Source: Bacteroidales bacterium (GTDB taxonomy: Bacteria; Bacteroidota; Bacteroidia; Bacteroidales; B18-G4). Taken from it: DNA of 64,000 nucleotides. Position 1 is the first letter of the stretch. Every line of letters starts with the position of its first letter. The stretch is from contig JAGYLD010000001.1 in the NCBI GenBank assembly GCA_018401355.1, positions 7,022-71,021 of the forward strand. Direction: 5' to 3'. The position numbers and the translations under genes were made by a program. This document shows, in pieces, positions 1 to 7,571 of this stretch. The notes below the pieces were generated by a model. The model ran no database searches. It was not told where the DNA came from and saw only the letters and a program-made list of their open reading frames with translations.

Positions 1-1158
1 GGGGCCATCATCATCCTCTTCCCTCCCACTCCCGAAATAATTCAGGAGCTGGAAAAACAGGCAGGAAGAAAAGCCAATCCCATATTTGCCGATGAAAATG
101 CTCTATATGAAAAGATCCTTGAGTTGGACATCTCTGAGTTCAAACCCATGGTGGCCAACCCAGGGCATCCTCATGACGATGTTCCTTTGGAATCGGTTAA
201 AAAGACAAAGATAGATTCAGCTTTCATAGGCAGCTGTACCAATGGTCGTATGGAAGACCTGAGGATTGCAGCATCCATCCTGAAAAACAGGAAAGTAGCT
301 CCCGGTGTTGTCCTGAAGATCGTTCCATCAACAGATACAATCTGGCAGGAAGCATTGGAGGAAGGCCTTATCAAGACTTTCAAAAATGCAGGTGCACTTG
401 TATCCAATGCAGGATGCGCAGGATGTGCCGCAGGACAGGTTGGACAAAACGGCCCAGGGGAGGTGACCATCAGCACCGGCAACAGGAATTTCGCTGGAAA
501 ACAGGGGAAAGGGGCAGTCTATCTTGCATCACCTGCTACGGTTGCTGCATCGGCTGTTGCAGGTTATATAACAGATCCATTCGACATCCCCGAAAAACCG
601 GCTGTATTTGAAAAAAGTACAGTTAATGAATCAACTGGGAAAACTAAGAAAATAGCGGTAGGAGATAAGCCTGCTGTTGTGGAAGGCAGAGTATGGCACA
701 TAGAAAAGGATGACATCGATACCGACATGATCTTCCACAACCGTTACCTGACCATCACTGAGATCAGTGAAATGGGACAATATGCTTTCGATAACCTGGA
801 AGGCTTCGAAGACTTTGCTAAAAAAGCAAAAACAAATGATATCATTCTTACAGGTAAGAACTTTGGAGCCGGTAGCTCCAGACAACAGGCAGTGGATTGC
901 TTTAAGGCCCTCGGAATCAGTTGCATATTAGCTGAATCATATGGGGCAATTTATGAAAGAAATGCCATTAACGCAGCTATGCCTATCCTGACATACAGAA
1001 AGGAATTAATCTCAGAATTGGATATCGCTGATGGAGACATCCTGGAAGTTAATTTTGAAACCGGTGAGGTCATCAACAAAAGTAAAAGCAAATCAGGGAA
1101 GGTGAACAAATTCTTTGAGGTGCAAATGGAAATCTACCAGAAAGGCGGACTGCTGTAG
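1..1158 (+). CDS. Fused aconitase-family hydro-lyase: LeuC/HacA-type large subunit plus LeuD/HacB-type small subunit (homoaconitase or isopropylmalate isomerase-like), 5' truncated by window edge
   Basis: Frame is open from base 1 (GAIIILFPP...). Large-subunit motifs FIGSCTNGR, GCAGC (three Fe-S Cys), STGNRNFAGKQG and YLASPATVAASA are followed in frame by small-subunit motifs DDIDTDMI, GKNFGAGSSRQQA and IYERNAIN. Confidence 0.88.
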   Translation, partial: GAIIILFPPTPEIIQELEKQAGRKANPIFADENALYEKILELDISEFKPMVANPGHPHDDVPLESVKKTKIDSAFIGSCTNGRMEDLRIAASILKNRKVAPGVVLKIVPSTDTIWQEALEEGLIKTFKNAGALVSNAGCAGCAAGQVGQNGPGEVTISTGNRNFAGKQGKGAVYLASPATVAASAVAGYITDPFDIPEKPAVFEKSTVNESTGKTKKIAVGDKPAVVEGRVWHIEKDDIDTDMIFHNRYLTITEISEMGQYAFDNLEGFEDFAKKAKTNDIILTGKNFGAGSSRQQAVDCFKALGISCILAESYGAIYERNAINAAMPILTYRKELISELDIADGDILEVNFETGEVINKSKSKSGKVNKFFEVQMEIYQKGGLL

Positions 1159-1177
1159 AGATCTGAGATTATTTATC

Positions 1178-1205
1178 ATCTGGCCTCCGGATTCTGATTT
1201 CTGTA
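1178..1205. repeat. Degenerate 7-bp tandem repeat (NTCTGNN x4) at a convergent gene junction
   Basis: atctggc-ctccgga-ttctgat-ttctgta, preceded by agatctgagatt at about 1159. Confidence 0.4.
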
Positions 1206-1206
1206 T

Positions 1207-1812
1207 CTAAATCTCACTTTCAACCTTGATATAACCAGGGTAATTTAATAATTTACCGCCGACTTTTATAGATGGTTTTGCTTTAAGCATTATTCTTGTA
1301 GGCCGTTCACTCTGTTTGTTCAGATTCATTACGAAATTTATCAGCGCATCAGCCGTCTTTCCATCCAGTGCATTGTTCAAATTGAATGAAATATCCACTG
1401 GAAGAACTGTTGTTCCGCCATTGGCAGATATTTCTACCCGCTTATTCAACAAGCCATTGGTCATCTCAATGTCATCTATAAATAAAATCCACTCAAGCTT
1501 ATTCATAGCTGCAATGGAAGGATTGGGGTTTTGAATTTTTATATTTAATACAAATTCCAGAGGGAGTTTCCCCCTGGCAAATGCAAGCATGATCGATGTA
1601 ATTTCAGTAAAGCCAAGATCATCTGCCCTGCTTACTCCATCCATATTCACACCTGCCAACTCAAATTTATCGGCACTTTCAATCTGAAAATCGCACACTG
1701 CAAAAGTTTTCATTTCATTGGCCTGCCTCATCACATTACAGGAATAACTCACAGTGAATACAATCAACAGAAGTAAAACCCTTACCGGGACATTCAATCG
1801 GACGCAATTCAT
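1207..1812 (-). CDS. LEA type 2 (WHy) domain lipoprotein
   Basis: Probable start ATG 1812 (MNCVRL...), hydrophobic stretch then SYSC lipobox; IQNPNPS motif typical of LEA_2. The longer ORF would overlap the lplA start. Confidence 0.7.
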   Translation of the reverse strand: MNCVRLNVPVRVLLLLIVFTVSYSCNVMRQANEMKTFAVCDFQIESADKFELAGVNMDGVSRADDLGFTEITSIMLAFARGKLPLEFVLNIKIQNPNPSIAAMNKLEWILFIDDIEMTNGLLNKRVEISANGGTTVLPVDISFNLNNALDGKTADALINFVMNLNKQSERPTRIMLKAKPSIKVGGKLLNYPGYIKVESEI

Positions 1813-1886
1813 TGAAGGAGTTTTTAGTATTATTGAATGAAATATTTCAGTACTCAAATATCCGCATTTCTTTGTAATTTCACAAA

Positions 1887-2852
1887 ATGTTATGTGTTTC
1901 CAGGAAATCGACCGACCCATATTTTAACATTGCTGCTGAGGAATACTTTTTAAAGAATTTTGAAGATAATATTTTCATGTTTTGGATCAGCGAACCAAGT
2001 ATCATTGTTGGTAAACATCAGAATGTATTTGCCGAGATCAATCATGGCTTTATACATAACAATAACATTCCTGTGGTCAGAAGGATTTCCGGGGGAGGCA
2101 CTGTATATCATGATAATGGAAATGTGAATTATACCATGATACTGAATGGTCAACCTGGGAAACTGGTTGACTATCCCAAATATACCAAACCCATCATCCA
2201 ATCCTTAAAAAAGCTTGGCATCGATGCATACCTGGATAAAAAAAGCAGCCTCTTTATCAATGGTCTGAAAATTTCAGGCAATGCAGAGCATGTATATAAG
2301 AACAGAATAATGCATCATGGAACATTGCTATTTTCTACCAACCTTGAGAACCTGAATATGGCCATAAAGTCTAAAGAAAAGACCTATTCAGGTAAAGCAG
2401 TAAAATCGATCAGAAGCCAGGTTACAAACATTTCAAAACACCTTCCAGAACACATGAACATCCAGGATTTCAAGGATTACCTGAGTGGTTTCATGAAAAA
2501 TTATTTTCAATCCGATGCAGAATACATACTGAACAACAATGATATCCGGGAGATCAACAAACTGGTTAAAGAAAAATACCGCTTGTGGGAATGGAACTAT
2601 GGGTATTCGCCATTTTTCAGAAAAAGATTCAAATATAATATGGAAGGCATGGATCAGGACTTGGAATTGGGGGTAACCAATGGCATGATCACGGAAGTGC
2701 ATTTTAAAAAAAGCGGGATTGCCCGGGCATCTGAATTAGCCACAGTCCTAAAAAACAAAAGATACCATCCTGATGAAATCAGAATTTCGATGAATTCAGT
2801 TAAATTTGCAAATCAGATTGATCCGGAAAATTTTATTCAGGAAATGTTCTAA
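1887..2852 (+). CDS. lplA: Lipoate-protein ligase A
   Basis: DPYFNIAAEEY, IVGKHQN, RRISGGGTVYHD, KISGNA, HHGTLL and WEWNYG motifs. Confidence 0.93.
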   Translation: MLCVSRKSTDPYFNIAAEEYFLKNFEDNIFMFWISEPSIIVGKHQNVFAEINHGFIHNNNIPVVRRISGGGTVYHDNGNVNYTMILNGQPGKLVDYPKYTKPIIQSLKKLGIDAYLDKKSSLFINGLKISGNAEHVYKNRIMHHGTLLFSTNLENLNMAIKSKEKTYSGKAVKSIRSQVTNISKHLPEHMNIQDFKDYLSGFMKNYFQSDAEYILNNNDIREINKLVKEKYRLWEWNYGYSPFFRKRFKYNMEGMDQDLELGVTNGMITEVHFKKSGIARASELATVLKNKRYHPDEIRISMNSVKFANQIDPENFIQEMF

Positions 2853-2864
2853 ACCATAATCATT

Positions 2865-3680
2865 ATGTACACGAAAGAAGAAATTTTTGAAAGACTATGG
2901 AAGGATTATTCAGAACTCAACCCCTCGGCAAAAAGAATTTATGATTTGTTTATCGCGGAAGGAGAAACCGTGGTCAATGACCATATTGCCTTTCGTACTT
3001 TCAACCACTCAAAAGTTAATGTTGATGTTTTGTCTAAGGTATTTTTAAATGCCGGTTATGAGTTTAAACAGGATTACCATTTTGAAACAAAAAAACTTTA
3101 TGCCAAGCATTTTGAACACAAAAAGGACCCTGATGCACCGAGGATATTCATTTCTGAGTTAAAACTCGAACTGTGCAGTAAATTTTTGCAAATTGCCGTT
3201 CAGGATTTAATAAACAGATTATCCAGAGATATCCTGAAACCCACAAGCCTTGTTTTCTCTGGCAACTCCTGGGGCACACCTTCTTACGAAACATACACAA
3301 AGCTCAGGGAAGAATCCGAATATGCTGCGTGGTTATATGTTTTTGGCTTCAGGGCCAATCATTTTACTGTAAGCGTAAACCATCTTAAAAAATATAATTC
3401 CCTTGAAAAGGTAAACCAACTTCTTAAAAACAATGGTTTTCTTATCAATGATTCTGGTGGAGAGATAAAAGGAAGTCCGAAACAGCTTTTGGAACAATCC
3501 AGCATTAAGGCAGATCATATTTCCATGGAGTTCAAGGATGGTGTTAAAGAAATACCGGGATGTTACTATGAATTTGCTAAAAGATATTCCGATGAATACG
3601 GGAAGCTCTATTCCGGTTTTATTGCCAAATCTGCTGACAAGATCTTCGAGAGCACTGATTACTACGACAAGAAAAAATGA
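2865..3680 (+). CDS. DUF1338 family protein (HglS-like 2-oxoadipate dioxygenase/decarboxylase)
   Basis: NDHIAFRT, RIFISEL, ESEYAAW, NHFT, LEQSS, YYEFAKR and ADKIFEST motifs; His/His/Glu metal triad present. Confidence 0.88.
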   Translation: MYTKEEIFERLWKDYSELNPSAKRIYDLFIAEGETVVNDHIAFRTFNHSKVNVDVLSKVFLNAGYEFKQDYHFETKKLYAKHFEHKKDPDAPRIFISELKLELCSKFLQIAVQDLINRLSRDILKPTSLVFSGNSWGTPSYETYTKLREESEYAAWLYVFGFRANHFTVSVNHLKKYNSLEKVNQLLKNNGFLINDSGGEIKGSPKQLLEQSSIKADHISMEFKDGVKEIPGCYYEFAKRYSDEYGKLYSGFIAKSADKIFESTDYYDKKK

Positions 3681-6610
3681 CAAAACCCACCACGGAACAG
3701 CTCAATCTATTAGGCTCCCAACTGGATGGCGACCTTTACCATGATTTAAGTTTCCGTCTTATGCATGCAACAGATGCTTCTGTATACAGGCAGGTACCCC
3801 TGGCTGTAGCCAGGCCCAGGAATGCAGAAGACATCAGAAAACTCATTCTTTTTGCAGGCAAAAACAACCTTTCATTAATACCTCGTGCCGCCGGCACATC
3901 TCTTGCAGGCCAGGTTGTTGGAGAAGGAATTGTTGTTGACATCTCAAAATACATGAACCGCATCCTTGAACTCAACGAGGAAGAACATTGGGTGCGTGTT
4001 GAACCGGGTGTTATAAGGGATGAGTTAAACCTTTTTCTCAAAGACAAAGGATTGTTCTTTGGTCCGGAAACATCTACATCAAACCGCTGCACCATCAGTG
4101 GCATGCTGGGCAACAATGCATGCGGGGCCCATTCACTTATTTATGGAAGCACCAGGGACCATACCATTGCTGTAAAAGCCATCCTGAGTAACGGAGAAGA
4201 TGCTGAATTTGGTCCGGTTAGCAGGAATGAATTCCTTAAAAAATCGAATGAGAAGAGTTTCACAGGGGGCCTATACAGAAACATTGCAGAGATACTTTCC
4301 CTCCCTGAAAACCAGGAGGAGATAAAAAAGCACTATCCTGACCCAAGGATAAAAAGGAGAAATACAGGCTACTCCATAGACTTGCTTCTAAACACCAATA
4401 CATTTACCGTTAACGACAGGCCTTTCAATTTCAGCACCTTATTAGCAGGATCAGAAGGAACGCTGGCCTTCATTACTGAAATCAAACTCAACCTGGTACC
4501 ATTACCTCCAAAGGAATCGGGTTTGCTATGCATACATTTCAAAGAGCTTCCCGAGGCTTTCAAAGGCAACCTCATAGCGCTGAAACATAAACCTGGTGCT
4601 ATTGAATTAATGGACAACAAGATCCTGAGGCTTACTGAGAAAAATATTGGGTTACGGGAAAACCGGTTTTTTCTTAAAGGGGATCCGGGAGCTATTTTGA
4701 TCATTGAATTTGCCAGGGAAACGAAGGCAGAAGTTGAAAAGCAGATGACCATCCTGGAAAATGAAATGAAAGAAAGCGGGCTGGGATACCATTATCCAAG
4801 GATCTTTGGCAATGACATCCCAAAGGTATGGGACTTAAGAAAAGCAGGACTTGGCGTGCTTTCAAACCTTCCTGGTGATGCCAAACCTGTTTCGGTTATA
4901 GAAGATACGGCCGTTCATCCTGAGGTTTTGCCTGAATACATGGATGATTTTGGCAAACTCATGCAAAAACATAATCTTGAATGTGTTTACCATGCCCATA
5001 TAGCTACCGGAGAACTCCATTTGCGACCAATTTTGAACCTGAAAGACACCAAAGATGTAGAGCTTTTCAGAACCATTGCGGAAGAAACTGCCAGACTGGT
5101 AAAAAAATATAAAGGTTCCTTAAGCGGAGAACATGGAGATGGACGCTTAAGAGGCGAATTCATCCCACTGATGGTGGGAGAAAGCAACTATAAACTCCTT
5201 GAGAGCATCAAAGATGCCTGGGATCCTAACGGCATTTTTAATCCGGGGAAAATTGTCCAGACACCTGATATGCGCACAAACCTGAGGTACAAACCCGGAC
5301 AGAAGACAAAGGAAATATCCACAATATTTGATTTTTCCAAAGACCGGGGCATTATCAGGGCAACTGAAAAATGTAATGGATCCGGTGACTGCAGAAAATC
5401 AGAGATTATCGGTGGAACAATGTGCCCCAGTTACATGGGCTCACGGGATGAAAATACCACCACAAGGGCCAGGGCCAATATACTTCGTGAATTCCTGAGT
5501 AATAATGAGAAGAAGAATCCATTTGATCACAAAGAGATATATGAGGTCATGGACCTTTGCCTGAGTTGCAAAGGTTGCAAGTCTGAATGCCCGTCGAATG
5601 TCGATATTACAAAATACAAAGCCGAATTTCTGCAGCATTATTATGATGCACATGGAATACCTATCAGGACCAGGCTTATTGCCTACATTTCCCATATTAA
5701 CAGGCTGGGAATGCCATTTTATCCAATATTCAACTTCTTTCTTGGCAATAAATATATTTCAACTCTTCTGAAGAAAGCACTTGGATTTGCGCCAAAACGC
5801 TCTATCCCTTTGTTATACAAAACCACCCTAAGGGCCTGGATGAAACGGAACGGAAATAAGATTACCGGAGTATGTAAGGGGAAGGTATTTCTGTTTGCCG
5901 ATGAATTCACCCAATACAATGACACCACAATAGGCATCAAAGCGATAAAACTGCTAAATGCACTGGGTTATGAAGTAGAGATACCAAAACACCAATACAG
6001 TGGCAGGACTTTTCTCTCAAAAGGCCTTGTCAGAAAAGCCAAAAAGTATGCCACAAAAAATGTTGAATTGCTCCATAGATTGGTTAATGAAAAGCATCCA
6101 TTGATCGGGATTGAGCCATCCGGCATTTTGACATTCAGGGATGAATATCCTGAGCTTGTTGACCAGCCACTCAAAGATAAAGCCATCAAGCTTGCGAAAC
6201 ACTGCCTGATGTTTGATGAGTTTATTGAGCTGGAGCTCAGGAAGGGAAACATAAACAAGAAAATGTTTACTTCCGATCCAAAGAAAATAAAGCTTCACGG
6301 ACACTGTTATCAAAAATCGCTTGCTTCCACCAAACCCACACATGTTATGCTTACCATCCCCGAAAACTATGAAGTGGTAGAGATTAAATCAGGATGCTGT
6401 GGTATGGCTGGTTCATTTGGATACGAAAAAGAACATTATGATCTTTCAATGAAAGTGGGAGAGCTGGTTTTGTTCCCGGAAGTCAGAAGTTCAGATGAAA
6501 AAATTATCATTGCGGCGCCAGGCACAAGTTGCCGCCATCAGATTCTTGATGGCACCGGTAAAGAGGCCAGGCATCCCGTTGAAATATTATATGAGGCCAT
6601 CAGGAATTAG
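3677..6610 (+). CDS. FAD-binding and (Fe-S)-binding oxidoreductase (YdiJ-like, possible D-2-hydroxyglutarate or D-lactate dehydrogenase)
   Basis: ATDAS, PRAAGTSLAGQ, GSEGTL, SGEHGDGR, CNGSGDC, CLSCKGCKSECP, HGHC and CCGMAGSFG motifs; start overlaps the DUF1338 stop (ATGA). Confidence 0.9.
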   Translation: MTKPTTEQLNLLGSQLDGDLYHDLSFRLMHATDASVYRQVPLAVARPRNAEDIRKLILFAGKNNLSLIPRAAGTSLAGQVVGEGIVVDISKYMNRILELNEEEHWVRVEPGVIRDELNLFLKDKGLFFGPETSTSNRCTISGMLGNNACGAHSLIYGSTRDHTIAVKAILSNGEDAEFGPVSRNEFLKKSNEKSFTGGLYRNIAEILSLPENQEEIKKHYPDPRIKRRNTGYSIDLLLNTNTFTVNDRPFNFSTLLAGSEGTLAFITEIKLNLVPLPPKESGLLCIHFKELPEAFKGNLIALKHKPGAIELMDNKILRLTEKNIGLRENRFFLKGDPGAILIIEFARETKAEVEKQMTILENEMKESGLGYHYPRIFGNDIPKVWDLRKAGLGVLSNLPGDAKPVSVIEDTAVHPEVLPEYMDDFGKLMQKHNLECVYHAHIATGELHLRPILNLKDTKDVELFRTIAEETARLVKKYKGSLSGEHGDGRLRGEFIPLMVGESNYKLLESIKDAWDPNGIFNPGKIVQTPDMRTNLRYKPGQKTKEISTIFDFSKDRGIIRATEKCNGSGDCRKSEIIGGTMCPSYMGSRDENTTTRARANILREFLSNNEKKNPFDHKEIYEVMDLCLSCKGCKSECPSNVDITKYKAEFLQHYYDAHGIPIRTRLIAYISHINRLGMPFYPIFNFFLGNKYISTLLKKALGFAPKRSIPLLYKTTLRAWMKRNGNKITGVCKGKVFLFADEFTQYNDTTIGIKAIKLLNALGYEVEIPKHQYSGRTFLSKGLVRKAKKYATKNVELLHRLVNEKHPLIGIEPSGILTFRDEYPELVDQPLKDKAIKLAKHCLMFDEFIELELRKGNINKKMFTSDPKKIKLHGHCYQKSLASTKPTHVMLTIPENYEVVEIKSGCCGMAGSFGYEKEHYDLSMKVGELVLFPEVRSSDEKIIIAAPGTSCRHQILDGTGKEARHPVEILYEAIRN

Positions 6611-7523
6611 GTATCAGGATGACCTTTCCATCATCGGCCAGCATTGTTTCCTTAAACACTTCCTGAGCTTCCTCAAGCATCGGCATCAATGTTTTGTACC
6701 GGGCTGAATAATGTCCGATCATCAGTTTTTTCACATTCGCTTTGGAGGCGATCATTGCAGCCTGCCTGGCTGTTGAATGATATTTATCCGCAGCATCCTG
6801 AGCTTTGTCATCCATAAAGGTTGCCTCATGATACAACAAATCCACATCCCTGACAACCGGTATCAATGGTTCGTGGTAAGCCGTATCCGAACAATAAGCA
6901 TAGGATCTGGGAGGTGGCGCTGCAACAGTAATCTCGTCATTGGAATATATCTCTCCCTGATCATCTGTGTAATCTTCACCATTTTTTATCCGTTGCAGGT
7001 CTTCATGCGAAATGGACTTCTGTTCCAGAAAATCCTTTTTAATGTTTGGCTTACTTCTTTTCTCTCTGAACAAATAACCATTCACAGGGAAATTATGGTT
7101 TAAAGGAAAGGATTCAACTGTCACGAATTCGTTCTCCAGGATCACTTCGTGCTTATCCGGATCAATAGCAACAAATTTAAGTGGATACCTCAGAACAGTA
7201 TTGGATGCTTCAAGTTGCTTATCAATGATGTCTTTTAATTTTGCATGGGCAAAGAGGTAAAGCTCATTGGTCCTGCCAAGAAGATGAAGTGTTGTGATCA
7301 AACCAAACAGACCATAATAATGATCACCATGCAAATGAGAAATAAAAATATGATTGATACGCTGAAACCGCACTCTGTTCTTCCGCAATTGCAACTGGGT
7401 TCCCTCTGCACAGTCCATTAAATACAATTTTTCATGTATATTAATTAGTTGGGCGCTCGGGTTTCTATGCAACAATGGAATAGCAGCCCCACTACCCAAA
7501 ACTGTCACCGCAAAAGTCTTCAT
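6600..7523 (-). CDS. rnz: Ribonuclease Z
   Basis: LGSGAAIP, DCAEGTQ, SHLHGDH, SDT, HEATF, HST and GHYSARY motifs. Confidence 0.95.
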   Translation of the reverse strand: MKTFAVTVLGSGAAIPLLHRNPSAQLINIHEKLYLMDCAEGTQLQLRKNRVRFQRINHIFISHLHGDHYYGLFGLITTLHLLGRTNELYLFAHAKLKDIIDKQLEASNTVLRYPLKFVAIDPDKHEVILENEFVTVESFPLNHNFPVNGYLFREKRSKPNIKKDFLEQKSISHEDLQRIKNGEDYTDDQGEIYSNDEITVAAPPPRSYAYCSDTAYHEPLIPVVRDVDLLYHEATFMDDKAQDAADKYHSTARQAAMIASKANVKKLMIGHYSARYKTLMPMLEEAQEVFKETMLADDGKVILIPNS

Positions 7524-7539
7524 AGCTTAGGGTGTTGAG

Positions 7540-7570
7540 AAAAAAAATCCTCCTTGCGGAGGACTTTTTT
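7540..7570 (-). terminator. Rho-independent terminator of rpsA
   Basis: Minus strand reads TCCTCC-GCAA-GGAGGA followed by a T-run, directly after the rpsA stop. Confidence 0.85.
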
Positions 7571-7571
7571 C

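Noticed and set aside
1813-1920. Extended N-termini in the ORF track (LEA 1920; likewise gap 24600, rpoD 25610, HAD 30709, VOC 48667)
   Set aside because: These upstream starts overlap neighbouring genes or promoter elements, or add no family-like sequence; downstream ATGs fit the family starts better.
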